A stretch of DNA of 64,000 nucleotides from Casimicrobiaceae bacterium (GTDB lineage Bacteria; Pseudomonadota; Gammaproteobacteria; Burkholderiales; Casimicrobiaceae). The notes beneath the pieces are model-generated. The model saw only the letters and a list, made by a program, of their open reading frames with translations, did no database searches and was not told the DNA's origin. The stretch is from the NCBI GenBank assembly GCA_036380055.1, contig DASVFM010000001.1:11126-75125 (forward strand), read 5' to 3'. Positions 44,502 to 54,146 of this stretch are shown here, piece by piece. Numbering within the stretch: position 1 is the stretch's first letter; the number at the start of each line of letters is the position of its first letter. The position numbers were made by a program, and so were the translations under genes.

Positions 44502-45140
44502 ATGAGACGACTTGCATCCGTTTGTGTAGCCGCATTTGCGGCGCTGGCATTCTCGCTTTGCACCGCGGCGGACCTAACCGAGGGCAAGGAATACTTTCGA
44601 CTGAAGAACCCGCAGCCGGTGGAGACCGGCAAAAAAATCGAGGTTATCGAATTCTTCTCCTACGGCTGCCCCCACTGCAACGATCTCGAGCCGTATCTGG
44701 ACGCCTGGATCGCCAAGCTGCCGCCCGACGTGCAGTTTCGCCGCGTGCCAGTGATGTTCCAGCAGCGCTGGGAGGCCTTGGCGAGGATCTACTACACGCT
44801 CGACGCGATGGGTGCCGAAGCCCAGCTGTCGCCCGAGGTGTTCCGCGCGATTCACGTGAACAACCTGCCGCTGTACCAGGACAAGGTGTTCTTCGACTGG
44901 GCGGCGAGCAAAGGCCTCGATCGGGCCAAAGTCGCCGATGTCTACAACTCGTTCGCCGTGACTAGCAAATTCAATCGCGCCAAGAGCCTCGCTGCCGCAT
45001 ACAACATCCAGTCGGTGCCCACGATCGTGGTCGACGGGAAATTCATCACTGCGTCGGACCGCGTGGGGACGCACTCGGCTCTGCCGGGCGCGATCGACGC
45101 CCTCATCGCCAAGGCAAGAGCGGAGCGCCCCAAGGGCTAG
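44502..45140 (+). CDS. dsbA: Thiol:disulfide interchange protein DsbA
   Basis: A signal peptide is followed by FFSYGCPHCNDLEP, which contains the CPHC active site. Confidence 0.9.
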   Translation: MRRLASVCVAAFAALAFSLCTAADLTEGKEYFRLKNPQPVETGKKIEVIEFFSYGCPHCNDLEPYLDAWIAKLPPDVQFRRVPVMFQQRWEALARIYYTLDAMGAEAQLSPEVFRAIHVNNLPLYQDKVFFDWAASKGLDRAKVADVYNSFAVTSKFNRAKSLAAAYNIQSVPTIVVDGKFITASDRVGTHSALPGAIDALIAKARAERPKG

Positions 45141-45178
45141 GGCTCGGCGTCGGCCGACGCTCTTCGCGCCGACTGCCC

Positions 45179-45958
45179 GTGAACGTCTTCCTGACCGGTG
45201 CATCCTCGGGCATCGGGGCCGCGCTCGCGGCGCGCTATGGCGCCAGAGGGGCGCGGCTCGGGCTGTTCGCGCGGCGCAGGGATGCGCTTGCTGGCGTCGC
45301 GGCGCAGTTCGGGCCGGTGCAGGCTGCAATCTATGTCGGCGACGTTCGCGATGCGAGCACGTTGCGTGATGCAGCTGGCGATTTCATCTCGCGCTTCGGC
45401 GTCCCCGATATCGTAATCGCCAACGCGGGCATCTCCGTCGGGACGCTCACCCTGCATCCGGAGGACAACGAGGTGGCGCGCGCCATACTCGAGACAAATG
45501 TGCTTGGGATGCTGCACACCTTCCAGCCGTTTCTTCCGGCGATGATCGCCGCGAGGCACGGAACGCTCGTCGGAATCGCGAGCGTTGCAGGTTTTCGCGG
45601 ATTGCCCGGCGCCGAGGCCTACTGCGCGTCCAAGGCGGCGGTGATCAGCTATCTGGAAAGCCTGCGTGTCGAGCTTGCAGACACCGGGGTGTCAGTCGTG
45701 ACGATCTGCCCCGGTTACGTCGCCACGCCGATGACGGCGGGCAACCCCTATCCCATGCCGTTCCTGCTGCGCGCCGAGACGGCCGCGCGGCTCATTACCC
45801 GCGCGATCGATCGGCGGCGCAGGTTCTACGTCCTCCCGCGGCGGATGGCGTGGCTCGGCCGGCTGTTCCGAGGCCTGCCCCGACCGCTCTACGACAGCGT
45901 ATTTGCGCGCGCCAAGCACAAGCCGCGCGCCGGCACCACGAAAAGCGAAGCGCGCTGA
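45179..45958 (+). CDS. SDR family oxidoreductase
   Basis: The translation contains VFLTGASSGIGAALA (TGxxxGxG) and YCASKAAV (YxxxK). The start codon is GTG. Confidence 0.85.
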   Translation: MNVFLTGASSGIGAALAARYGARGARLGLFARRRDALAGVAAQFGPVQAAIYVGDVRDASTLRDAAGDFISRFGVPDIVIANAGISVGTLTLHPEDNEVARAILETNVLGMLHTFQPFLPAMIAARHGTLVGIASVAGFRGLPGAEAYCASKAAVISYLESLRVELADTGVSVVTICPGYVATPMTAGNPYPMPFLLRAETAARLITRAIDRRRRFYVLPRRMAWLGRLFRGLPRPLYDSVFARAKHKPRAGTTKSEAR

Positions 45959-46015
45959 GGCCAATCGCTGTGCTACGGGAGTTCGGCGCGGTCCCGCCGG
46001 ACGCTCGCTGAGAGC

Positions 46016-46462
46016 CTAGTTCGCGAGCAGCGCGAGCTTGTTGCCGTCGACGATCTTGACGCGATCGCCCTGGTTGAAAGCGGGCTTCGCCGACGACGTG
46101 ATCGACTGCGTCTTGCCATTGTCGAGCTTGACCTTCACCACCCAGTAGGTCTTCTTCTTGGTGCTCTTTTCGACTTGATTGCCAGCCACCGCTCCCACGC
46201 CGGCGCCCGCGATCGTGGCCACCGTGTTGCCGCGGCCCGAGCCGATCTGGTGGCCGAGCACGCCGCCCGCTACGCCGCCGATCACCGCCCCCGCGCCGGA
46301 TGCCTGGCCCTTCTCCTCGACGTAGTTCACCGACGCGACCACGCCGCAGGTCTCGCAAACCGTTCCCGCGGCCGGCGCCGGCGAGGACTGCGCCCGGGCG
46401 CCCGCGCCGAGCACGAGTGCAGCGACTGCCAGCACAGCTAACGCGACCTTTCTTGCTGCCAT
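46016..46462 (-). CDS. Glycine-zipper (17-kDa surface antigen-like) secreted protein
   Basis: A signal peptide is followed by GAVIGGVAGGVLGHQIGSGRGNTVATIAGAGVGAVAGNQ, a glycine-zipper region. Confidence 0.78.
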   Translation of the reverse strand: MAARKVALAVLAVAALVLGAGARAQSSPAPAAGTVCETCGVVASVNYVEEKGQASGAGAVIGGVAGGVLGHQIGSGRGNTVATIAGAGVGAVAGNQVEKSTKKKTYWVVKVKLDNGKTQSITSSAKPAFNQGDRVKIVDGNKLALLAN

Positions 46463-46533
46463 GAGAACCCCTTCAAGTGGCTGCGCTCCAGCTCGTATGA
46501 TACAGCGGGCTCACCGAGCGAACCGTTCCTTTA

Positions 46534-48354
46534 TCAGGGAGCGTCCGCCCTGATTCTTGCGTAGCTTCCCGGGGCCGGCTCGATCGGCTTGCGGCGGCCC
46601 TTGCCGCTGCCTTTGGCGAGCTCGCGCGCGGGCACCTCCGGACCGGCGTATGCCTTGAGCCAGGCAAGCCAGTCCTCCCACCACGAACCCGGGTGTGGCT
46701 TGGCGGCCGCGAACCACTCGTCGGCATTGCCGGGCAGCTTCTCGTTGGTCCAGTAGCCGTACTTGTTCGCGGATGGGGGATTGATCATGCCCGCGATGTG
46801 CCCCGAACCTGAGAGGACGAAGCGCGCCTGTCCGCCGAGCACCTGCGCCCCCGCGTACGTCGCCTTCCACGGCGCAATGTGATCTTCCATTGCGGAGACG
46901 AAATACGACGGCACGCGGACTTTCGAGACATCGATCGGAACCCCGTCGAGCGTGATTCCTCCGGGCTCGCGCAGCCTGTTCTTCATGTACATGTTGCGCA
47001 GGTAGAAGCTGTGCATCTTGGCAGGCATGCGCGTCGAGTCCTGGTTCCAGTGCAGGAGGTCGAATGGAAACGGGTCGCGGCCGAGGAGGTAATTGTTGAT
47101 GACGAACGACCAGATCAGGTCGTTGCTGCGCAGCATGTTGAAGGTATTGGCCATCTCCGCGCCCTCGAGATAGCCGCGCTCGTTCATCTTCCGCTCGAGC
47201 GAGGCCACCTGGTCCTCGTCGATGAAGACCTCGAGCTCGCCGGCGCCAATGAAATCGATCAGCGAGCTCATGAAACTCGCGCTTGCGATCCGCTTGTCCT
47301 TGCGCGCGGCGAGATAGCCCAGCGTGGAAGCGAGCAGCGTCCCGCCGAGGCAATAGCCCAGCACGTTGAGGCTGTTCTCGCCGGTCGCCTTTTCGATGGC
47401 GTCAAACGCCGCAACCGGGCCCTCCAGCATGTAATCGACGAAGTCCTTGTTCGCGTGGCGCTCGTCCGGGTTCACCCAGGAGATCACGAAAACCGTCAGG
47501 CCTTTGTCCACGCACCATTTGACGAGCGAGTTCTTCTCGCGCAGATCGAGGATGTAGTACTTGTTGATCCACGGCGGGATGATCAGCAGCGGACGCTTGA
47601 ACACCTTCTTCGTCGACGGTTCGTACTGGATCAGCTGCATGAGGTCGTTCTGGAAAACGACGTGTCCGGGTGTGGTCGCGATGTTCACCCCCAACTCGAA
47701 AGCCTTGCTGTCCGTCATCGAGATCTTGAGCTGGCCGTTGCCGCGCTCGATGTCGTCGAGAAGGTTGTTGAGCCCCTTGACGAGATTCTGACCCCCTGTG
47801 GCGATGGTTTCGCGAAAGACCTCGGGATTGGTAAGCGCGAAGTTGGACGGCGCGAGCGCATCGATGTACTGCCGGGTGAAGAAGTCGACCTTCTTCTGCG
47901 TGCGCTCGTCGAGACCCTCGACGTTCGCCACGGCCCGATGCAGCCAGCGCGCCGCGATCAGATACGACTGCTTGACGAAGTCGAAGAGAAAGTGCTCCTC
48001 CCAGTCCTCGTGTCGGAAGCGCTTGTCGCTCTTTGAAGGCTCAGCCACCGGCGCGGTGCTCTGCCCGAGCAGCTTCAGCATGGAAGCCTGCCAGAGCGCC
48101 GAATATTCCCACCACAGATTGAGCTGGGTCTCGGCCAGCCGGTACGGGTTCGACAGCATCTTTGCGGCCAGCTCGAAGAACGCTTTGGTGATGCCGAGCT
48201 CGTCGCTGACGAGCGACTGTCCGGCGTTCGCCTGTCTGGCGACGAAATCGCCCAGGAGCTTGGCGCTCTTCTCCGCGGCGCTGGCGAAGGACTCGGCAAG
48301 CGCGACCGGATCGTATTGTGTCGGCGAAGCCACTTCGGTTTCAGTCACGGTCAT
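46534..48354 (-). CDS. phaC: Class I poly(3-hydroxyalkanoate) synthase
   Basis: The protein is 606 aa. The lipase-box variant GYCLGGT (G-x-C-x-G) is present, along with the conserved PLLIIPPWINKYYILDL region. Confidence 0.92.
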   Translation of the reverse strand: MTVTETEVASPTQYDPVALAESFASAAEKSAKLLGDFVARQANAGQSLVSDELGITKAFFELAAKMLSNPYRLAETQLNLWWEYSALWQASMLKLLGQSTAPVAEPSKSDKRFRHEDWEEHFLFDFVKQSYLIAARWLHRAVANVEGLDERTQKKVDFFTRQYIDALAPSNFALTNPEVFRETIATGGQNLVKGLNNLLDDIERGNGQLKISMTDSKAFELGVNIATTPGHVVFQNDLMQLIQYEPSTKKVFKRPLLIIPPWINKYYILDLREKNSLVKWCVDKGLTVFVISWVNPDERHANKDFVDYMLEGPVAAFDAIEKATGENSLNVLGYCLGGTLLASTLGYLAARKDKRIASASFMSSLIDFIGAGELEVFIDEDQVASLERKMNERGYLEGAEMANTFNMLRSNDLIWSFVINNYLLGRDPFPFDLLHWNQDSTRMPAKMHSFYLRNMYMKNRLREPGGITLDGVPIDVSKVRVPSYFVSAMEDHIAPWKATYAGAQVLGGQARFVLSGSGHIAGMINPPSANKYGYWTNEKLPGNADEWFAAAKPHPGSWWEDWLAWLKAYAGPEVPARELAKGSGKGRRKPIEPAPGSYARIRADAP

Positions 48355-48393
48355 TCGGTATCTCTCCCGCAGATGTCATTGTAGCCGCCGGCC

Positions 48394-49440
48394 TCACGGG
48401 CGGGCAAAACGCCACGTGTCCCGTGTCCGCAGGCGCTTGAGGCGCCCGCGATGCCAAAGGTGGTTGAGGTGGGCGATGGCCTCTCCCATGGCGAAGAAGC
48501 GCTGCTGCGTATCGAGCGGCCGCCGAAAGAGCAGCGGCACGACCGAGGCGGCTGTCACGGGGCCCACGCCGGCGGCGGCTTCGATCTCCTCGAGGCGGGC
48601 CGCGTGGTGCGCCCGAAGCTGCGCGATCCGCGTGCGGATGCCCACGAACGGCAGGCCGTGCGATGGCAGCACGAGCGTGTGCGGCGGCAGGGCTGCGAGG
48701 CGGTCAAGCGAGTCGAGGAAGCGGCCGAGCGGATCGGCATCGGGCTCCACGGGCCACACGCTCACGTTGGTGCTGATCTTCGGCAGCAGCATGTCGCCCG
48801 AAATGAGCACGCTGGCGTGGGCGCAGTACAGCGAAGCGTGCTCCGGCGAGTGCCCGTAGCCGGAGATGACGCGCCAGCGCAAGCCGTCGACCACGGGTTC
48901 CTCCAGCGCGGACAAGCGCTCGTAGGTATCGGGAAGCTCGGGAACCCCGCGCCGGTAGGTGTTGCCGCGTGCAGCGTAGGCCGCGAGGTGCTCGGCTTCC
49001 ATGCCGTGCAGGCGGAAGAGGGCGCTGGTCGCGGCAACGCCATAGCCGCTGTGCTCGTCGAGCAAGGCGTGCGCAGTGAGGTACTCGGCTTGGGGAATGG
49101 TCATGGCGCAATCGAAGCGCCGGGCGAGCCAGTCACCGTTGCCAATGTGGTCCGGGTGACAGTGCGTGGCGATGACGCGGCGGACGGTCCTTGCCTTTAG
49201 CGTCGATCGGCAATGCGACTCCCACAGGCTCCGCGTGATGTCGTCGCCGTAGCCACAATCGACCTGCGTCCAGCCGTCACCGTCGCGCAGCAGCCATAGG
49301 TTGACGTGGTCGAGCGCGAACGGCAGAGGCATGCGCAGCCATTGGATGCCGCTCGCGACCTCCGGAGCTTCACCGTGACGCGGAGGCTGCTTGGCTGGAA
49401 ACTCGAGCTCGGGAAAGGCGACGGGGAGCGAAGCGCTCAT
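48394..49440 (-). CDS. MBL-fold metallo-hydrolase
   Basis: ATHCHPDHIGN contains the HxHxDH motif. A later GHSPEH and a C-terminal helical extension are present. The gene lies 39 nt upstream of phaC on the same strand. Confidence 0.85.
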   Translation of the reverse strand: MSASLPVAFPELEFPAKQPPRHGEAPEVASGIQWLRMPLPFALDHVNLWLLRDGDGWTQVDCGYGDDITRSLWESHCRSTLKARTVRRVIATHCHPDHIGNGDWLARRFDCAMTIPQAEYLTAHALLDEHSGYGVAATSALFRLHGMEAEHLAAYAARGNTYRRGVPELPDTYERLSALEEPVVDGLRWRVISGYGHSPEHASLYCAHASVLISGDMLLPKISTNVSVWPVEPDADPLGRFLDSLDRLAALPPHTLVLPSHGLPFVGIRTRIAQLRAHHAARLEEIEAAAGVGPVTAASVVPLLFRRPLDTQQRFFAMGEAIAHLNHLWHRGRLKRLRTRDTWRFARP

Positions 49441-49590
49441 GCGACGCGGCGCGGGCAGGCTGCACGGAAGCGTGGAAGAGAATTGTGCAACGCAACATCG
49501 TCGGCGAAAGCATCGAGCATGTCAAGCGGACGTACACGGCGTTTATGGTATCGTCGATCGGTCTCTCCATCGTCAGCACCGCTCGCCGCG

Positions 49591-50019
49591 ATGCCGTCCC
49601 GGGCCGACTCCCCAAGCTACACCATTTCCGATCTGGCACGTGAGTTTGCGCTCACCACTCGCGCCATCCGTTTCTACGAGGACGAGGGCCTGATCGCCCC
49701 GCGCCGCAACGGGCAGCGACGCATCTACAGTGAACGCGACCGGGTTCGCATCAAGCTGATCCTGCGCGGCAAACGGCTCGGCCTCGCGCTTGCGGAGATC
49801 CGAGAGCTGCTCGATCTCTATGACGCGACCCGGAGCGAGCGCCCGCAGCTCGTCAAGTTCCTTCAGGTGCTGGCCCAGAGGCGGGCGCTGCTCGAGCAGC
49901 AGCAGGAGGACGTGGCAATCGTGCTCGCAGAGATCGATCAGCTGGAACGCCAGTGTCGCCGCCGGCTGCGCCAGGCGGGCAACGATCGGCACGGGGGCGG
50001 GACTGGGAGCTCAAGTTGA
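49591..50019 (+). CDS. liuR: MerR family transcriptional regulator (LiuR-type)
   Basis: YTISDLAREFALTTRAIRFYEDEGLIAPRRNGQRRIYSERD is a MerR-type wHTH. The gene sits at the head of the ivd/mcc cluster. I chose the start ATG 49591. Upstream in-frame starts exist. Confidence 0.8.
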   Translation: MPSRADSPSYTISDLAREFALTTRAIRFYEDEGLIAPRRNGQRRIYSERDRVRIKLILRGKRLGLALAEIRELLDLYDATRSERPQLVKFLQVLAQRRALLEQQQEDVAIVLAEIDQLERQCRRRLRQAGNDRHGGGTGSSS

Positions 50020-50043
50020 CGTTTACGTAAACGTCAATCACAA
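50015..50043 (+). promoter_or_regulatory. Perfect 22-bp palindrome (candidate LiuR operator) embedded in a sigma70-like promoter
   Basis: TTGACGTTTAC|GTAAACGTCAA (50015-50036) is perfectly self-complementary. It reads as a TTGACG -35, a 17-nt spacer and CACAAT (50038-50043), 37 nt upstream of the thioesterase/ivd operon. It overlaps the liuR stop codon (50017-50019). Confidence 0.6.
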
Positions 50044-50079
50044 TGTCGCCTCGCCGGAGCATTCCCGCAACGGAACCTT

Positions 50080-50547
50080 ATGCCCCAGATCGAGACTGCC
50101 GACCGGTTCACGCCGTCGAACCCGGCTTATGCCGACCGCGTGCGGGAGAGCTTCGCGAGGCAGGGGGCCATGCGACTGATCGGCGCGCGGCTCGCCGACA
50201 TTCGCCCGGGCTATTGCGCTATCGAGCTCGTGTGCCGCGAGGACCTGACACAGCAGCACGGCTACGTGCACGCCGGGATCGTTGCTGCGATCGCCGATTC
50301 CGCGGGCGGATACGCCGGCTTTACCCTCTTCCCGGCAGACGCCAGCGTGCTCACGGTCGAGTACAAGCTTAACCTGCTCGCTCCCGCCGCTGGCGAACGG
50401 CTCGTCGCCGAGGCGGCGGTGGTCAAGCCCGGGCGGACGCTCGCGATCACGCGCGGGGAGGTCTATGCCGAAGCGGGCGGCGAGCGCAAGCTCTGCGCCA
50501 TCATGCAGCAAACCCTGATCGTCCTTTCGGGCAAGCCCGACGCCTGA
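50080..50547 (+). CDS. PaaI-family hotdog thioesterase
   Basis: The protein is 155 aa. [19 protein letters not shown] is typical of the PaaI/YigI hotdog fold. Confidence 0.8.
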   Translation: MPQIETADRFTPSNPAYADRVRESFARQGAMRLIGARLADIRPGYCAIELVCREDLTQQHGYVHAGIVAAIADSAGGYAGFTLFPADASVLTVEYKLNLLAPAAGERLVAEAAVVKPGRTLAITRGEVYAEAGGERKLCAIMQQTLIVLSGKPDA

Positions 50548-50552
50548 GCACC

Positions 50553-51719
50553 ATGCTGAACTTTCCCACCCTGGACTTCCGCCTCGGCGACACGATCGAC
50601 ATGCTGCGTGCGACCGTGCAGCAATTTACTGGCGACGAGATCGTGCCGCGGGCTGCGGAGATCGACCGCAGCAACCAGTTCCCTGCGGATCTCTGGCGCA
50701 AGATGGGTGATCTTGGATTGCTGGGTATCACGGTGGAGGAGGACTACGGTGGTACCAACATGGGCTACCTCGCGCACATCGTCGCAATGGAGGAGATAAG
50801 CCGCGCGTCGGGCTCCGTCGGGCTCTCCTACGGTGCGCATTCGAATCTGTGCGTGAACCAGATCCGTCGCAACGGCAGCGAGGCCCAGAAGCGCAAGTAC
50901 CTGCCGCGGCTCGTCTCCGGCGAGCACGTCGGCGCGCTCGCCATGAGCGAGCCGGGAGCGGGCTCCGACGTGGTGTCGATGCGGCTGCGGGCAGACCGGC
51001 GTGGCGGTCGTTACGTGCTCAACGGCAGCAAAATGTGGATCACCAATGGACCGGACGCCGATACGCTCGTCGTCTATGCCAAGACCGATGCGGCTGCGGG
51101 GCCGCGCGGGATCACCGCGTTCCTGATCGAAAAGGGCATGCCCGGCTTCTCGACGGCGCAGAAACTCGACAAACTCGGCATGCGCGGCTCGAACACCTGC
51201 GAGCTGGTCTTCCAGGATTGCGAGGTCCCCGAAGACAACGTACTCTCCGAGGAGGGTCGCGGCGTGAACGTGCTCATGAGCGGGCTCGACTACGAGCGCG
51301 CGGTTCTCGCCGGGGGGCCCCTTGGAATCATGGCTGCGTGCATGGACGTGGTGCTGCCCTACGTGCACGAAAGACAGCAGTTCGGGCAGCCCATCGGTGA
51401 GTTTCAACTGATGCAGGGCAAGATCGCCGACATGTACACGACCATGAACGCGTGCAAGGCATACGTATATGCCGTCGGACAGGCTTGCGATCGAGGCGAG
51501 ACGACGCGCAAGGACGCGGCGGGCGCCATACTGTACTCGGCGGAGAAGGCGACATGGATGGCAGGCGAGGCCATTCAGGCGCTCGGCGGCAACGGCTACA
51601 TCAACGAGTTCGCTACCGGCCGCCTGTGGCGCGACGCGAAGCTCTATGAGATAGGCGCCGGGACCAGCGAGATCCGGCGGATGCTGATCGGTCGCGAGCT
51701 TTTCAACGAGACCAAGTAG
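50553..51719 (+). CDS. liuA: Isovaleryl-CoA dehydrogenase
   Basis: The translation contains [64 protein letters not shown] and [13 protein letters not shown]. The match to IVD-type ACADs is strong. Confidence 0.9.
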   Translation: MLNFPTLDFRLGDTIDMLRATVQQFTGDEIVPRAAEIDRSNQFPADLWRKMGDLGLLGITVEEDYGGTNMGYLAHIVAMEEISRASGSVGLSYGAHSNLCVNQIRRNGSEAQKRKYLPRLVSGEHVGALAMSEPGAGSDVVSMRLRADRRGGRYVLNGSKMWITNGPDADTLVVYAKTDAAAGPRGITAFLIEKGMPGFSTAQKLDKLGMRGSNTCELVFQDCEVPEDNVLSEEGRGVNVLMSGLDYERAVLAGGPLGIMAACMDVVLPYVHERQQFGQPIGEFQLMQGKIADMYTTMNACKAYVYAVGQACDRGETTRKDAAGAILYSAEKATWMAGEAIQALGGNGYINEFATGRLWRDAKLYEIGAGTSEIRRMLIGRELFNETK

Positions 51720-51731
51720 CGGGGAGCCATC

Positions 51732-51950
51732 ATGGCCCTGGAGATGCGGGAACGCTGCGAGCGCTGCGCGTGGCCGCTCGCCCCCGATGACGACACGGCT
51801 TATATCTGCAGCTACGAGTGCACTTTCTGCGCCACTTGCGCCAATGCGCTCAACGGCGTGTGCCCGAACTGCAGTGGCGAGCTGGTGCGTCGGCCAAGGC
51901 GGCCGCGTAAGCCCGCCGGTGCCTCGCCGCTGGCCGGCAGCAAGCCTTGA
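51732..51950 (+). CDS. DUF1272-like zinc-ribbon protein
   Basis: The protein is 72 aa with four CxxC pairs: CERCAWPL, CSYECTFCATCANALNGVCPNCSGEL. Confidence 0.7.
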   Translation: MALEMRERCERCAWPLAPDDDTAYICSYECTFCATCANALNGVCPNCSGELVRRPRRPRKPAGASPLAGSKP

Positions 51951-51989
51951 CGGGGTAGCGCAACGGCCTGATCGCTCTGGAGAGAGTCC

Positions 51990-53174
51990 ATGCGCAATGA
52001 CCCCATCGTCATCGCCGGCGCGGCGCGAACGCCCATTGGCGGCCTGCTCGGCGACTTCGCCACGCTCTCCGCGAGCGAGCTCGGGGCGGTGGCGATCAAG
52101 GCCGCGCTGGAACGCGCCGGCGTGGAGGCGGGCAGCGTCGACAAGGTGATCATGGGCTGCGTGCTGCCCGCGGGGCAGGGACAGGCGCCAGCGCGGCAGG
52201 CGGCGCTCACGGCAGGCCTGCCCACCGCGACGGGCTGCACGACCGTGAACAAGATGTGCGGCTCGGCGATGGAAGCCGCGATGCTGGCGCACGATGCGCT
52301 GATCGTCGGCAGTTCCGAGATCATCGTGGCCGGTGGCATGGAGAGCATGAGCAACGCCCCGTACCTGCTGCCCAAGGCGCGCGCGGGCATGCGCATGGGA
52401 CACGGCACCGTATATGACCACATGTTCCTGGACGGCCTGGAGGACGCCTACGAGAAGGGGCGGCTGATGGGCGCTTTTGCCGAGCAGTGCGCGGAGCGCT
52501 TTGCATTCACGCGCGAGGCGCAGGACGAGTTCGCGCTGCGCTCGCTTTCCCGCGCCCGAACTGCGACCGAGGACGGCTCGTTCGCCTGGGAGATTGCGCC
52601 GGTGACAGTGAGCGGGCGCAAGGGCGATGTGGTCATCGCCCGCGACGAGCAGCCCGAAAAGGCGAACCCGGAGAAGATCCCCACGCTCAAGCCCGCGTTT
52701 CGCAAGGACGGTACCGTCACCGCGGCGAACTCCAGCTCGATCTCCGACGGCGCGGCCGCGCTGGTGCTGATGCGCCGCTCGCTCGCCGAGCGCAAAGGCC
52801 TGAGTCCGCTCGCTGTCATCCTCGATCACGCAACCCACGCGCAGGAACCGGGTTGGTTCACGACCGCGCCGGTCAGCGCGATGGAGAAGCTCTTCCGCAA
52901 GGTTGGCTGGAGGGCGCAGGAAGTCGATCTGTACGAGATCAACGAGGCCTTCGCTGTGGTGACGATGGCGGCGATGAAGGAGCACGGGTTGCAGGCTGAC
53001 CGGGTCAACGTGCATGGCGGGGCCTGCGCACTCGGTCACCCCATCGGGGCCTCGGGGGCCCGCATCGTGGTGACTCTGCTGGGCGCGCTAAGGAAGCTCG
53101 GCCGCAAACGCGGCGTGGCGAGCTTGTGCATCGGCGGCGGCGAAGCGACCGCATTGGCGATCGAACTCGCCTGA
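51990..53174 (+). CDS. Acetyl-CoA C-acetyltransferase (thiolase II)
   Basis: VNKMCGSAMEA holds the active-site Cys. NVHGGACALGHPIGASGARI and CIGGGEATA are also present. Confidence 0.92.
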   Translation: MRNDPIVIAGAARTPIGGLLGDFATLSASELGAVAIKAALERAGVEAGSVDKVIMGCVLPAGQGQAPARQAALTAGLPTATGCTTVNKMCGSAMEAAMLAHDALIVGSSEIIVAGGMESMSNAPYLLPKARAGMRMGHGTVYDHMFLDGLEDAYEKGRLMGAFAEQCAERFAFTREAQDEFALRSLSRARTATEDGSFAWEIAPVTVSGRKGDVVIARDEQPEKANPEKIPTLKPAFRKDGTVTAANSSSISDGAAALVLMRRSLAERKGLSPLAVILDHATHAQEPGWFTTAPVSAMEKLFRKVGWRAQEVDLYEINEAFAVVTMAAMKEHGLQADRVNVHGGACALGHPIGASGARIVVTLLGALRKLGRKRGVASLCIGGGEATALAIELA

Positions 53175-53181
53175 AAGCCGC

Positions 53182-54141
53182 ATGGTCGAGAAGGTTCTGT
53201 TCGAGTCGGCGCAGTTTGTCCTTTCGCGTCCGGACCACACCGGCGGAACGGCTGCGCGTTCGATCCTTGCGCGTTCGCCCTTTCCCGTCGTCGTCGGCTG
53301 TCCCCGATCGGGGACCTCTCTGGTCGCGGTCATGCTCGACAGCCACCCGCTGCTCGCGGTGCCGCCCGAGACGGCGTTCCTGCCGCTGGTGGCGCAGCTC
53401 CACGGCGCTGCTGCCGGTTTGCGCGAGCGCTTTCTCGAGATCGTGACCGCCGATCGGATCACGGTGTCGAACTGGTCGGATTTCGGCCTCGACCCCGACA
53501 AGCTGCGGCGCCGCGTCGAAGCCCTCGAGCCGTTCACGGTCGATGCGGGCCTGCGGGCGTTCTACGCACTGTACGCCGAGGGAGCAGGCAAGCCGCGCTG
53601 CGGTGAGAAGACGCCAGGCTACGTCTTCGTCATGCCGCAGATCGCCGCGCTGCTGCCCGAGGCGCACTTCATCCACGTGATCCGCGACCCGGGCGACACC
53701 GCCCTGTCCTGGCGCAAGACCTGGTTTTCGCCGAGCGCGGACTTGCGCGTGCTCGGCGAGGGCTGGCGCCACCATGTCGAGGCGGGACGCCGCGCGAAGG
53801 CGCTCGTGCCGGGTTATCTCGAGGTCCGTTTCGAAAACCTCGTGCGCGAACCCGAGCGCGAGTTGCAGCGACTGTGCGCGTACCTCGAGCTTCCCTGGGA
53901 TGCGGCGATGCTCGACTATCGCGCGCAGGGCGCCGCCAGAGTCGAGCGTCTGCAAGGCCGCCAGCATGCCCGCGGCCCGATGATCGACCGCGAGGAGCGC
54001 ACGCGAATCCATGCCAACCTCACTCGTGAGCCCGACGCCAACCGCGTCGGCGTGTGGCGCAAAGAGATGACGGCCGAAGAGCGACGCGAGCTCGAAGCCG
54101 CCGCCGGCCCGCTGGTTCACGAGCTCGGCTACGCAGCCTAG
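53182..54141 (+). CDS. Sulfotransferase family protein (PAPS-dependent type)
   Basis: VVVGCPRSGTSLV is a 5'-phosphosulfate-binding loop. HVIRDPGDTALS is a 3'-phosphate-binding motif. The exact start is uncertain. Confidence 0.75.
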   Translation: MVEKVLFESAQFVLSRPDHTGGTAARSILARSPFPVVVGCPRSGTSLVAVMLDSHPLLAVPPETAFLPLVAQLHGAAAGLRERFLEIVTADRITVSNWSDFGLDPDKLRRRVEALEPFTVDAGLRAFYALYAEGAGKPRCGEKTPGYVFVMPQIAALLPEAHFIHVIRDPGDTALSWRKTWFSPSADLRVLGEGWRHHVEAGRRAKALVPGYLEVRFENLVREPERELQRLCAYLELPWDAAMLDYRAQGAARVERLQGRQHARGPMIDREERTRIHANLTREPDANRVGVWRKEMTAEERRELEAAAGPLVHELGYAA

Positions 54142-54146
54142 CGACG

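Noticed and set aside
49441-49590. Second LiuR-type operator in the MBL/liuR divergent region (GGACGTACACGGCGTTTA)
   Set aside because: It resembles the 50015-50036 palindrome only partially and is not self-complementary. It is not supportable by eye.
50463-53039. 858-aa ORF on the - strand spanning the thioesterase, ivd, DUF1272 and thiolase genes
   Set aside because: It overlaps four well-supported + strand genes and crosses their intergenic gaps. The product is Arg/Ala/His/Gly-rich with no recognisable domain, so it is a GC-driven artefact. The same reasoning applies to 5471-7297(-), 22852-24078(-), 25613-27580(-), 32672-34066(-), 53005-54120(-), 55198-56307(-), 55835-56974(-) and 57562-58671(-).
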